Shown here piece after piece: positions 38,127-47,855 of a stretch of DNA of 64,000 nt. Source of the DNA: an uncultured Hyphomicrobiales bacterium (lineage in GTDB: Bacteria; Pseudomonadota; Alphaproteobacteria; Rhizobiales; Xanthobacteraceae); assembly GCA_903885555.1 (NCBI GenBank), contig CAISIV010000078.1, positions 25,686 to 89,685 of the forward strand, read 5' to 3'. Each line of letters starts with the position of its first letter. Within the stretch, counting starts at the first letter, position 1. The translations under genes and the position numbers were made by a program. Below the pieces are notes generated by a model that saw nothing but the letters and a program-made list of their open reading frames with translations, had not been told where the DNA came from and did not search any database.

Positions 38127-38294
38127 GCCGCCTTAGGTTGCTCGCGCCGGGAACGGGTTAGACGCTACGCGTACCGATGCGTTGGTGCCGCAGTCAGAAA
38201 CCGGCAAAATAAACTGCGTCCGTCATTCCCCATTGGGGCCAGTTGTCACCCGGCGCGGGCACTGGAGAAACGCCGGCGCGCGATGCCGGTTCCA

Positions 38295-39836
38295 TCAAGT
38301 CGTCGACGCGAAATCCTGCTCAAGCGATTTCAGCGGCGCACGGACTGTGCAGACGACGCCGTAAGGCTCGTAGACGAGATGAACCTCGCCGCCGAGCTGG
38401 GCGGCGAGGCCATGCTCGACCAGCCGCGCGCCGAAACCCTTGCGGGCGGGCGCAACTACTGTCGGCCCGCCGCTTTCAGCCCAGCGCAGTTCGAGCTGGT
38501 CGCCTTTGGGCGAGGGCACGGTCCGCCATGTAATCTCGACCTGGCCGCCATGCTGCGACAGTGCGCCGTATTTCGCCGCGTTGGTGCAAAGCTCGTGCGT
38601 TGCCATCGCCACGGCCAGCGTGCTGCGTGGCCCGAGGCGCACGTGGCCGCCGTCGACGCGGAAGCGCGAGGCGTCCTCGGCAAAGGGTTCGATCGCTACT
38701 TTGATGACGTCGCCGAGATCGGCGGCACCGACGCCGCGGCCGCCCATCAGTACATCCTGGGCATTCGCCAGTGCCTTCAGACGTCCACCGAATGCAGCGC
38801 GCGCGGCATCCAGCGTCGTGCCTTCGCGCAGGCTCTGGTTGGCGATTGCTTGCACCGTCGCCATCAAGTTCTTGACGCGGTGGTTCAATTCATTGGCCAG
38901 CAGTTCGCGGTGCTCTTCGGCTTCCTTGCGCTCGGTAATGTCGACCGCGGCGCCGGGAAACCGCGTCGGCTGGCCTTTGTCGTCGCGCAAGCAGTAGCCG
39001 CGCGCCAGCACCCAGCGCACCGTTTCATCCCATTGCAGCAGCCGGTATTCGCAGCTGAACTCGCCACCCGTCCGCACCGCCGTCTCGATGTCGCGTTCGA
39101 CTCGTGCGAAATCGCCGGGATGAATGTGATCGGTGAAGGTGCGCATCGGTGCGCCGGTGGCGGCCTGTGCCGGATCGACCCCGTAGAGGCGTGCAATTTT
39201 TTCGTCGGTGTAGACCCGGTCTTCCGGAATATGCCAGTCCCATACGCCGACAACGCCGGCATCGAGCGCGAGCTGAAACCGCTCTTGGCTGGCGCGCAAG
39301 GCTTCCATCGCGCGATGCTGTGCGGTGACGTCGTTGCAGACCACCAGCACGCCGCCGACGCCGCCCACTTTGGTCTCGTCGTCGATCGGGCTGTAACCGT
39401 AGGTCCACCAGACGTCTTCACGCTTGCCGTGGCGGGTGACGGGGACGAGGGCGTCTTCGTGCCAGGTGGCACCTTCGCCCTTCATCACGAGTTCGATCTG
39501 CGGCCCGATGATCGGCCAGATTTCTTCCCAGCATTCGCGACCGCGTTGGCCGAGCGCGCTCGGATGCCGCTCGGGCCCCATCGTCTGCCGGTAGGCGTCA
39601 TTGTAGAACTGGATCAGCTCGGGACCCCACCAGATAAACATCGGGTGCCGGGTGTTGAGCAAAAGGCGCACGCTGGTGCGCAGGCTTTGCGGCCAGCTCT
39701 CCGGCGCGCCGAGCGGGGTGGTCTCCCACGGGTAAACGCGCATCAGCGCGCCCATCTCGCCGCCGCCGGCCAGGAAGTTCAGCCGGTCTTCGGGTATTTG
39801 GCCGAGTTTCGGGGCGATTTCGACGTCGGTCGTCAT
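38295..39836 (-). CDS. Soluble PAS-domain HWE histidine kinase
   Basis: ELNHRVKNL H-box, ELCTNAAKYGAL, LRWAESGGP, with PAS/PAC segments upstream. Start set at ATG 39836. Confidence 0.92.
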   Translation of the reverse strand: MTTDVEIAPKLGQIPEDRLNFLAGGGEMGALMRVYPWETTPLGAPESWPQSLRTSVRLLLNTRHPMFIWWGPELIQFYNDAYRQTMGPERHPSALGQRGRECWEEIWPIIGPQIELVMKGEGATWHEDALVPVTRHGKREDVWWTYGYSPIDDETKVGGVGGVLVVCNDVTAQHRAMEALRASQERFQLALDAGVVGVWDWHIPEDRVYTDEKIARLYGVDPAQAATGAPMRTFTDHIHPGDFARVERDIETAVRTGGEFSCEYRLLQWDETVRWVLARGYCLRDDKGQPTRFPGAAVDITERKEAEEHRELLANELNHRVKNLMATVQAIANQSLREGTTLDAARAAFGGRLKALANAQDVLMGGRGVGAADLGDVIKVAIEPFAEDASRFRVDGGHVRLGPRSTLAVAMATHELCTNAAKYGALSQHGGQVEITWRTVPSPKGDQLELRWAESGGPTVVAPARKGFGARLVEHGLAAQLGGEVHLVYEPYGVVCTVRAPLKSLEQDFASTT

Positions 39837-39959
39837 ACTCACACTTTGTGGGCCCGGAGGGCCGGTAACGGGTCTTGAGCCTAGCACGGCCAACTGCAAT
39901 CCTAAACGGCGCGATTTTCGGCTATATATGCTAGCCTCATACTGTTGCACGCCGATGGA

Positions 39960-40637
39960 ATGACCATGGTCAATACCGAGCCCAAAGCACCCATTCGTAT
40001 TGCTATCGTCGAAGACGATTTGAGCTTTCGAAAACTTCTGGTGTCGACGTTACAGGCCGACCCGGACCACGCCGTGGTGGCCGAGTTTTCCGAGGGCGGT
40101 GCGGCGGTTCGCGCCATGTCCGATCTCGCGCCCGATATGGTTTTGGTCGACCTGGGGTTGCCGGATATGTCGGGGATCGAGGTGATCCGGCAATTGAAGG
40201 CGTCGCATCCCGAATGCGACATCCTGGTCGTCACGACCTTCGGCGACGAGAGGACGATCACATCGGCATTGGAAGCGGGCGCCAACGGCTATCTGCTGAA
40301 AGGGACGACGCTCGAGGAATTGCGACGCGACATTCAGCATCTGCGCACCGGGGGTTCGCCGCTGTCACCGATGGTGGCGCGGCAGCTTCTCAACAAGCTG
40401 CAATCCAAAGCCGCCGACAGCGCGCCGCAAGTGCCCGGCGGCACCAAGCTGACGCGGCGTGAGCATGACATCTTGCAAATGATCGCTAAGGGCTTTTCCT
40501 ACGCCGAGACGTCGCAGATCTGCGGAGTCGCCAGCGCGACCGTGCACAGCCATCTCAAGAGCATTTACCGCAAGCTCGAAGTCCACTCGAAGACCGAGGC
40601 GGTCTACGAGGCGCGGCGCCGAAGCCTTATTTCTTAA
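39960..40637 (+). CDS. NarL/LuxR-family response regulator
   Basis: IAIVEDD, LVDLGLPDMSG, GYLLK, and HTH LTRREHDILQMIAKG..TVHSHLKSIYRKL. Confidence 0.95.
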   Translation: MTMVNTEPKAPIRIAIVEDDLSFRKLLVSTLQADPDHAVVAEFSEGGAAVRAMSDLAPDMVLVDLGLPDMSGIEVIRQLKASHPECDILVVTTFGDERTITSALEAGANGYLLKGTTLEELRRDIQHLRTGGSPLSPMVARQLLNKLQSKAADSAPQVPGGTKLTRREHDILQMIAKGFSYAETSQICGVASATVHSHLKSIYRKLEVHSKTEAVYEARRRSLIS

Positions 40638-40648
40638 AGCCTGATTTC

Positions 40649-42322
40649 CTAAGCGGCACGATCCGGCAGAGCCGTCCGGTCCGCCGGCGGCATCTTCAAT
40701 TCGATACGGACCGTTGTGCCCTTGTCCGGGCTGGTGTCGATCACAAGCGTGCCGCCCGTCGAAATCTTGCGGATGCGCATTTTCATATTAAAAATGCCGC
40801 GTCCGGCGCTGCTACTCGAGTCAAATCCGCAGCCATCGTCCGCGACCGCGATGACGATCGCCGGCGTTGCTTCGTCGACATAAGCCGACAGAGTGACGTT
40901 TTGCGCCCGCGAGTGATGCAGCACATTGCTCAGCGCCTCCATCAGGATCAGCTTCATCGACAGCACATCGCGCGACGATAGTGCTGTAATGCTCGGCAGT
41001 TCCTGCACGCGCCAATGCAGATCGATGCCAGCCAGTTCGATGGCGCTTGCCATGCGATGCCTGACGCTGCCGAGCACGAGATTGATGTCGCCGTGGATAG
41101 GCTCGGTGCTGTCGACCAAGAGCCGCAGTTCCATCAGGATTTCGCCGATGCGGCGTTTGACGTCGGCCAGATTCATCGTCTCCGACGAGAAATGCGCGAG
41201 CAGCGCGGATAGGCTGGCGCCGATGCTGTCGTGCATGTCGGCGGAAATGTTCTGCCGTTCGTCCATGGCGGACTTGACGATCTCCAGCCGCGCGCGCTGC
41301 GCGGACTTTTCCAGGCGCCGGATGAAAAGAGCGGAGGCCACCATGGCTGCTGTCAGCACAAACCAGCACAACGCGATAATATAGTAAGTGTTGAGATACA
41401 GGCTGCGCAGGTAATCGCCGTCGTAGCCAACCACGACATAGAACGGCGTGGTATCGGAGACGACGAAGGTGCCGATGCGGGTGACGTTATCCGCGCTGCT
41501 TCGTCCGTAAAACGTGCCCTTCTTTTCGCCGGCCAGAACGCGCTCATAGACCTGCCCCATTTTCGGGATGGAGGCGCCGTAGCCGATCGTGCCGCTCAAC
41601 GAACGGATGCGCACGATGCCGTCTTTGCCGGTCAGTGACGCGATGCCCTGGTCGCTGAGTTTGAGCTTTTCGTAGATGTCGTTGAAATGCGCGAGCCGGT
41701 ACGACGCAACGACGACGCCCTTGAAATTTCCGGATGCATCCTGCAACGGGCGCGAGAACTGGATCGACCACTCGTTTGTCAGGTCGCCCCGCGTCGGCAC
41801 GCTGATATAGACCTTTGCATCGCCGCGGCCCTCGGCGTGGACGCGGAAAATGTTTCGGTCCTTCAGAGATATTTTCGGCACCGGGTCGACGCGTGCGCTT
41901 GCGATCAGCGTGCCATCGCGGCCGATGATGGCGGGTCCGATCACGGTTTCGCGCAAGGCGTAGCGCGTCAGTAGTTGGTGCAACTGGGTTTCATTGGCCG
42001 GCGAAATGTCGAGACCGCGAAGCTGGTCGGAGACCTGGCTGAGGACGGCGTCGAGGTTCGCAGCCGCTTCCTCGAAACCTGCCAGCAGCATCTGGGAAAT
42101 GTTGCCGGTATCCCGATACAGTTCGACCTCGGCGCGTTCCTTGAACTGGGCGCCGGCAAAGACGCATAGCGCCAGCACGATTGCCGAAAATCCGGCGCAA
42201 ACCAGCGCCATCGAGAGGCGGGAAAAACGGCCAAAAAGCTTTGCCAAAGTCGTATTTCCGCTCACGGCCACCGCACCCGCTGAAATCTGTCCGGAGGAGG
42301 GGACGATAGGGGCGCCAGCCAT
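40649..42322 (-). CDS. Sensor histidine kinase (Cache-like periplasmic domain, HisKA_3/HATPase)
   Basis: Two TMs, ERQNISADMHDSIG, EALSNVLHHS, DDGCGFD, GRGIFNM. Start set at ATG 42322. Confidence 0.9.
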   Translation of the reverse strand: MAGAPIVPSSGQISAGAVAVSGNTTLAKLFGRFSRLSMALVCAGFSAIVLALCVFAGAQFKERAEVELYRDTGNISQMLLAGFEEAAANLDAVLSQVSDQLRGLDISPANETQLHQLLTRYALRETVIGPAIIGRDGTLIASARVDPVPKISLKDRNIFRVHAEGRGDAKVYISVPTRGDLTNEWSIQFSRPLQDASGNFKGVVVASYRLAHFNDIYEKLKLSDQGIASLTGKDGIVRIRSLSGTIGYGASIPKMGQVYERVLAGEKKGTFYGRSSADNVTRIGTFVVSDTTPFYVVVGYDGDYLRSLYLNTYYIIALCWFVLTAAMVASALFIRRLEKSAQRARLEIVKSAMDERQNISADMHDSIGASLSALLAHFSSETMNLADVKRRIGEILMELRLLVDSTEPIHGDINLVLGSVRHRMASAIELAGIDLHWRVQELPSITALSSRDVLSMKLILMEALSNVLHHSRAQNVTLSAYVDEATPAIVIAVADDGCGFDSSSSAGRGIFNMKMRIRKISTGGTLVIDTSPDKGTTVRIELKMPPADRTALPDRAA

Positions 42323-42325
42323 CCT

Positions 42326-42445
42326 ATCCCCAATTTTGGGGATTGGTCGAACCCTTGTGCCTGATAGACGCTCAGCCGGGCATTTTCTGAGCGTTACCAA
42401 GGGTTTTGAACCCGAACGCATCCGTTTCGGCAGGGTCTATCAGGC
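42326..42445. other. Structured intergenic element with nested and alternative inverted repeats
   Basis: 11-bp IR GCCTGATAGAC 42359-69 / GTCTATCAGGC 42435-45. 8-bp IRs ACGCTCAG/CTGAGCGT and AACCCTTG/CAAGGGTT. Hairpin ATCCCCA/TGGGGAT. Confidence 0.6.
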
Positions 42446-42446
42446 G

Positions 42447-43091
42447 ATGAGCATGGAATTAGGCTCCAAAGAGATGTTCATGCTGTTCCCGACGCCGTTG
42501 TTCACGGGAAAGCTGCTCGATATTTCCGCCTGCGACCGCATCGAAAAGACCCTGCGCGACATGCAGAAGCTCGGCGCCGGCACGGCCTCGCAGGCCAAGG
42601 CGGCCGCTTACATGACACCGGACAACCTCCAGACCAATCCGGACCTGAAAGAGCTGACCGATCTTGTGATGGCGGAATCCAACCAGGTGCTCGACGCTTT
42701 CAAGATCAAGCGCGACTCGCACTACATCACCAACATGTGGGGCAACATCACCCACCCCAATCATCGCCACCACATGCACATTCATCCGAATTGCCTGCTA
42801 AGCGGCATCATTTACATCAAGACACCGGTCAACTGCGGGCCGACGATGTTTGCCTCGCCGCGGCAGTTGTCGCGCATGATCGAACCGACGTTTACCGCCA
42901 AGAACGAAATCAATTCCGACGTCTTCATCTTCCCGGCCGAGAAGGGCCGCATGCTGATGTGGCCGAGCTACCTGCCGCACGCGGTCGAGCACGGCACCGC
43001 CAACGAAGACGAAGACCGTATCGTCGTCGCCTTCAACGTCATGATCCGCGGCCTGACCGATCAGCTCACGATGCGGATGGATTTCAAGTAG
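42447..43091 (+). CDS. Putative 2OG-Fe(II) oxygenase (TIGR02466-like)
   Basis: LFPTP N-terminus, HxH motif HMHIHPNCLLSGIIY, LMWPSYLPHAV, RIVVAFN. Confidence 0.85.
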   Translation: MSMELGSKEMFMLFPTPLFTGKLLDISACDRIEKTLRDMQKLGAGTASQAKAAAYMTPDNLQTNPDLKELTDLVMAESNQVLDAFKIKRDSHYITNMWGNITHPNHRHHMHIHPNCLLSGIIYIKTPVNCGPTMFASPRQLSRMIEPTFTAKNEINSDVFIFPAEKGRMLMWPSYLPHAVEHGTANEDEDRIVVAFNVMIRGLTDQLTMRMDFK

Positions 43092-44069
43092 CTACTGCGC
43101 CGTCACGCCAGCCTTCTTGATGATCGGAACCCATTTGTCGATTTCCGATTTCAGGAAGGCCTGCAAGGCCGCCGGCGTCGCGCGTTCCTGAGATACGGTC
43201 TGCGCGCCTGAACCGGCGAAACGGTTTTTCACGTCGGGATCGAGCAAAGCCTGCTGCAAGGCCTTCGACAGTTTGTCGACGATCGGCTTCGGCGTGCCTT
43301 TGGGCGCGTACATCGCGAACCAGACGGTGATCTCGAAGCCGGGCAGGCCGGCTTCCGACGCGGTCGGCAATTCGGGAAAAGCCTCGAGCCGCTGTTTGGT
43401 CGTCACCGCATAGGCCTTGAGGCTGCCAGCCTTCACCGCCTGTCCGACGTTGAGCGTCTGATCGCACATGAAATCGAACTGTCCGCCGATCAGGTCGGCG
43501 AGCGCCGGGCCTGTGCCTTTGTACGGCACGCTGGTGACATTGGTGCCGATGGCATCGAAGAACAGCAGGCCGCACAGATGCGAGGCCGAACCGATGCCGG
43601 CAAAGCCGTAGCTGAGCTTGTCCTTGTTCGCTTTCACATGTGCGACGAACTCTTTCAGGTTGTTCGCGGGAAAATCCTTCTTGGCGACGAAAGCCATCGG
43701 CGACTCGGCGATGATGCCGATCGGCTCGAAGTCCTTGATCGCGTCGTAGCGCAGGTTCGGATAGAGCGCGGTATTGGCGGCGTGGCCGAAATGCATGACG
43801 AGCAGCGAATGCCCATCGGGAGCCGAGGCCGCGACCTTCGCCGTGCCGATGGTGCCGCCGGCGCCACCGATATTCTCGACGACAATTTGTCCGCCGAGCA
43901 CTTTGCTCATGCCAGCCGCGGCGATGCGGGTGATGACATCGCCGGGCCCGCCAGCGGCATAGGGCATCATCATCATGATTTGCCGTGAGCCGGGAAAATC
44001 CTCAGCCAAGGCGGTGGTGGCGGAAAAGCACGTCAAAGCGAGCGCAAACGCGCCACGGATCGCGGTCAT
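43092..44069 (-). CDS. Bug/TctC substrate-binding protein (4)
   Basis: MPYAAGGPGD, VENIGGAGGTIG, VPYKGTGPA. Strong GGAGG SD before ATG 44069. Confidence 0.93.
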   Translation of the reverse strand: MTAIRGAFALALTCFSATTALAEDFPGSRQIMMMMPYAAGGPGDVITRIAAAGMSKVLGGQIVVENIGGAGGTIGTAKVAASAPDGHSLLVMHFGHAANTALYPNLRYDAIKDFEPIGIIAESPMAFVAKKDFPANNLKEFVAHVKANKDKLSYGFAGIGSASHLCGLLFFDAIGTNVTSVPYKGTGPALADLIGGQFDFMCDQTLNVGQAVKAGSLKAYAVTTKQRLEAFPELPTASEAGLPGFEITVWFAMYAPKGTPKPIVDKLSKALQQALLDPDVKNRFAGSGAQTVSQERATPAALQAFLKSEIDKWVPIIKKAGVTAQ

Positions 44070-44186
44070 GATGGTCCCCTCCCAAGGCGCCGGCACCCAT
44101 TTTTATTGTTTGGTGTGCCGTCGATGCGCGCAATAGTAGCGGACGGCGAAGGCTGCCGCTACGGACGAAAATCATGCGGCGGAAGG

Positions 44187-44211
44187 GGAACCGGCCCGGT
44201 TTCCTTGCGTT
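44187..44211 (+). promoter_or_regulatory. EcfG/RpoE2 general-stress promoter, consensus match
   Basis: GGAAC-N16-CGTT, 50 nt upstream of ATG 44262. Confidence 0.65.
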
Positions 44212-44261
44212 AGGAGTGCTTCGCAGCGCACTATGTTGCGGCACAATATTTCAGGGCACCC

Positions 44262-45323
44262 ATGAAACTGTTTGAATGCCAATCGTGCGGCAACGTTCTC
44301 TATTTCGAAAATACGACGTGCAACAAGTGCGGACACCGGGTGGCCTACATGCCCGAGCGCACCGCCATGACGGCGATCGAGCCGATGGCGGACGATGTGC
44401 GCTGGGTCCCGCTGGCCGATATCGATCAGCCGCGCTTTCTTTGCGAAAACGCCCAGTACGATGTCTGCAACTGGCTGGTGCCGCCCGGCACCAGCGATGC
44501 TTATTGTCTGGCCTGCCGTCATAACCGCATCATTCCGAACTTAAGCGATCCGGCGCAACACGCTGCCTGGAAGCTGATGGAAATGGCCAAGCACCGGCTG
44601 TTCTATTCGCTGCTGCAATGGAAGCTGCCGCTCAAGACGACTGTCGAAGATCCGGCGCACGGCCTGTCGTTCGAATTCCTGGCCGATCCGCTGCAGTTCG
44701 GGCCAAAGGTTCTCACCGGCCACGACGAGGGAAAAATCGTCATCTCGCTGGTGGAGGCCAATGACGCCGAGCGCGAGAAGCGGCGGCTGGCGATGGGCGA
44801 GCCGTACCGGACGCTGCTCGGACATTTTCGCCACGAGGTCGGTCATTATTATTGGGACGTGTTGGTGCGTAACGGCAACAGGCTCGACGCGTGCCGAGCG
44901 GTGTTCGGCGACGACAGCCAGAATTACGAAGAGGCGCTGCAGCGGCACTATCAGCAAGGTGCGCCGGCCAACTGGCAGGACAATTTCGTCTCGGCCTACG
45001 CCACCACGCATCCGTGGGAGGATTTCGCCGAAACCTGGGCGCATTACCTTCACATCGTCGATACATTGGAGATGGTTGCCGCGTCAGGCATGACGGTGCG
45101 TCCGAAGATCGACAAGACCGGCGAGTACTCGGCCAGGATCGACTTCAACGCCTATCGCGCCGATGCGATCGAGCCGATCGTCGAGGAATGGCTGCCTTAC
45201 GTGTTCGCCATGAACAACGTGAACCGCGCGATGGGCCTTGCCGATCTTTATCCGTTCGTCATTGCACCGGCCGTAGCCGCCAAACTCGGCTTCATCCACG
45301 GCCTGGTGCACGGCAAGGTCTGA
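44262..45323 (+). CDS. Zinc-ribbon plus putative zinc-binding metallopeptidase (DUF2248-type)
   Basis: N-terminal CxxC pairs, RTLLGHFRHEVGHYYW (HExxH), YATTHPWEDFAETWAHY. Confidence 0.9.
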   Translation: MKLFECQSCGNVLYFENTTCNKCGHRVAYMPERTAMTAIEPMADDVRWVPLADIDQPRFLCENAQYDVCNWLVPPGTSDAYCLACRHNRIIPNLSDPAQHAAWKLMEMAKHRLFYSLLQWKLPLKTTVEDPAHGLSFEFLADPLQFGPKVLTGHDEGKIVISLVEANDAEREKRRLAMGEPYRTLLGHFRHEVGHYYWDVLVRNGNRLDACRAVFGDDSQNYEEALQRHYQQGAPANWQDNFVSAYATTHPWEDFAETWAHYLHIVDTLEMVAASGMTVRPKIDKTGEYSARIDFNAYRADAIEPIVEEWLPYVFAMNNVNRAMGLADLYPFVIAPAVAAKLGFIHGLVHGKV

Positions 45324-45330
45324 GCGCCGC

Positions 45331-45792
45331 TTACTTTACGCCCAGCAATTCGACGTCGAACATCAGTACGGCGTTCGGCGGAATGACGCCGCCGGCGCCG
45401 CTGGCGCCATAGCCGAGCGCGGGCGGAATGATGAGGGTGCGCTTGCCGCCGACCTTCATGGTGGCGACGCCTTCATCCCAGCCCTTGATGACCCGGCCGC
45501 GGCCGATCGGAAACTCGAACGGTTCGCCGCGGTCGACCGAGCTATCGAATTTCTTGCCCTTGATGCCGTTCACGTAGAGCCAGCCGGTGTAGTGCATGAC
45601 GCAGGTCTGGCCGGTCTTGGGGCTTTCGCCGGTGCCGACGACGGTATCGGTGATCTGGAGTCCTGAAGCTGTGGTCATGGTTTTCTTGGCCTGCGCCGCT
45701 GCTGGGGTGGATGAACTGGTGACAATAACGCCGCTGAGTAGGGCCATAAATGCAAAAGCCGCAACGGCGGTTGCACGGGGGAAAGGTCGCAT
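45331..45792 (-). CDS. FKBP-type peptidyl-prolyl isomerase, exported
   Basis: MHYTGWL, FDSSVDRGEPF, VIKGWDEG, IPPALGYG. GGAGG SD before ATG 45792. Confidence 0.95.
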   Translation of the reverse strand: MRPFPRATAVAAFAFMALLSGVIVTSSSTPAAAQAKKTMTTASGLQITDTVVGTGESPKTGQTCVMHYTGWLYVNGIKGKKFDSSVDRGEPFEFPIGRGRVIKGWDEGVATMKVGGKRTLIIPPALGYGASGAGGVIPPNAVLMFDVELLGVK

Positions 45793-45826
45793 GATGCCTC
45801 CTGGGCGGCGAATGGAACTATCTTGG

Positions 45827-45841
45827 TTAACCATCTCTAAA
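45827..45841. promoter_or_regulatory. CtrA-like box between the FKBP and MCP genes
   Basis: TTAA-CCATCTC-TAAA (one mismatch). Confidence 0.5.
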
Positions 45842-45946
45842 CGGCCTTCTCTGTACTGTGGCGGGGCCTGCGGTGTCTAGCGACCGCCAATGCCTGGCGA
45901 CTGGGTCGTAACGCTGCCTTTGAGGTTTCGCCACGCGGCGCCGCAT

Positions 45947-47647
45947 ATGCTTCGCATCCGATTTCCTAGGTTCGGCGGGATAACGTTCCGCATCGGCAGC
46001 AAGCTGGCCCTCACGGTCGGTGTGGGCGTTGTGCTGGTCGCAGGCATGATCGCCAATCAGCACAACAACAATACGCTGGTGTCGCAACAGGCCGACATGG
46101 AGCGCATCGAACGGGGTGCGATCGGAGATCTTCTGCGCGCCAGTATTGCCTTGCAGCGCATGCAGATCGGGACCCGCGAAATCCGCCTGGCGATTTCGGA
46201 GCGCGAAGCGGAAGCGGCGCTCGCCGAACTTACGCAGAACATGAGCCGCGCCGACGTCCTGCTCAACGGCGCGCTGTTGCAATGCATTGGAGCACCGGAC
46301 TGCGGCCGTCTGATCGACCTCCACGAGATGGCCAATCTCTACGCGCAGACGGCGGCGGAGATGACGCGGCTGAAAAAAGATTACGCGGAAATCACCGTGC
46401 CGCTGGCTGCGAACGAGAAGACCGGCAAGACAATCGACGAACTCATCGAAAAGGCGATTTCGGCCGCGCAGGCCCGCACCTCGCAACGCACGGCGGCGGC
46501 GACCGCCAGTATCAGCCAAAACGTCCGGATCAATATGGGCTTCGGCCTGTTCGTCATTTCCATTTTGATGGGGGGAGCGGCTTTCGGCGTGCTCTCGATC
46601 GGCCGGCCGATTCGCCAGATTACCGGCATGCTGTTGCGGCTGGCCGGCGGCAAACGAGGGATTAGCATTCCCTATACGGCGCGCGGCGACGAGATCGGCG
46701 ACGTCGCGCGGGCGGCGAACACGCTTCAGGACAATCTGATGCGGCTCGAAGCCGTCGAAGCCGAGCAAAAGGAGGCTGCCGATCACCTCGCGCTGGAGCG
46801 CGAAACCTTGGTCCGCGAGATCGCCGACAAGTTCGAAAAGGCCGTCGGCAATATCGTGAGCACGGTGTCGTCTGCTGCGATCGAGCTCGAAACCGCGGCA
46901 CTGACTTTGACGCGAAACGCCGGGGCGACGCAGGACCTGTCCGCCGAAGCGACGGTCGTGTCGGATGAAGCGTCGTCCAATGTCCAGTCGATCGCACAGG
47001 CCACGTCCGAGTTCGGCTTCTCCATCGAGGAGATCAGCCGTCAGGCCAGGCGCTCTACTGAAATCGCCGCCGATGCCGTACGCCAGGCGGAAGAAACCGA
47101 CACCCGTATCGACCGGCTGTCAAAATCCGCCAACCAGATCGGCGAAGTGGTGGCGATGATCAGCGCCATCGCGCGCCAGACCAATCTATTGGCGCTCAAC
47201 GCCACCATCGAAGCGGCGCGGGCTGGCGACGCCGGCCGCGGCTTTGCTGTGGTGGCCGGCGAAGTGAAGAACCTCGCGACTGAAACCGCCAAGGCGACCG
47301 AAGCGATCAAGGCCCAGATCGCCGGCATTCAGGACACGACGCAGGAGTCGGTTGCCGCCATCAATCGCATCAGCGGCACGATCGGGGAAATCGCGCAGAT
47401 TTCGGCTTCGATCACCTCGGCCGTGAGCACGCAAAGCAACGTCACCCAGGAAATTTCCCACAACATCGCCCAGGCAGCGCAGCGCGCCGCCGATGTCGCC
47501 AAGAATATTACGGCGGTCAATCGCGACGCGTCGGAGACGGGCTCGGAAGCAGCCAAGGTGCTGCGCGCCGCGCAGGTGCTCTCCAGCGAGAGCCGCAACC
47601 TGCAGGTCGAGCTGGACAATTTCATCAAGACCGTCCGCGCCGCGTAG
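45947..47647 (+). CDS. Methyl-accepting chemotaxis protein (2 TM, HAMP)
   Basis: Periplasmic helical domain, HAMP ([11 protein letters not shown]), [34 protein letters not shown]. Confidence 0.93.
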   Translation: MLRIRFPRFGGITFRIGSKLALTVGVGVVLVAGMIANQHNNNTLVSQQADMERIERGAIGDLLRASIALQRMQIGTREIRLAISEREAEAALAELTQNMSRADVLLNGALLQCIGAPDCGRLIDLHEMANLYAQTAAEMTRLKKDYAEITVPLAANEKTGKTIDELIEKAISAAQARTSQRTAAATASISQNVRINMGFGLFVISILMGGAAFGVLSIGRPIRQITGMLLRLAGGKRGISIPYTARGDEIGDVARAANTLQDNLMRLEAVEAEQKEAADHLALERETLVREIADKFEKAVGNIVSTVSSAAIELETAALTLTRNAGATQDLSAEATVVSDEASSNVQSIAQATSEFGFSIEEISRQARRSTEIAADAVRQAEETDTRIDRLSKSANQIGEVVAMISAIARQTNLLALNATIEAARAGDAGRGFAVVAGEVKNLATETAKATEAIKAQIAGIQDTTQESVAAINRISGTIGEIAQISASITSAVSTQSNVTQEISHNIAQAAQRAADVAKNITAVNRDASETGSEAAKVLRAAQVLSSESRNLQVELDNFIKTVRAA

Positions 47648-47855
47648 CGATTTAGGATAGCGCCATTTTTCCGCGCAGAGCGGACCGATCTTTCAAATCA
47701 TACCAAGGGCTAAGACGTCACCGTTCGACCTTTGTTTATATTCTTTATATGCGTTGTCTTGCGGCCTCCATGCTAGTTGCGGCCCCGTATTTGCATTTGT
47801 CGCGTCGTCGATTGTCACATCATCGATGACGTGTTTTCTCAATGGGAGCTTCTCT

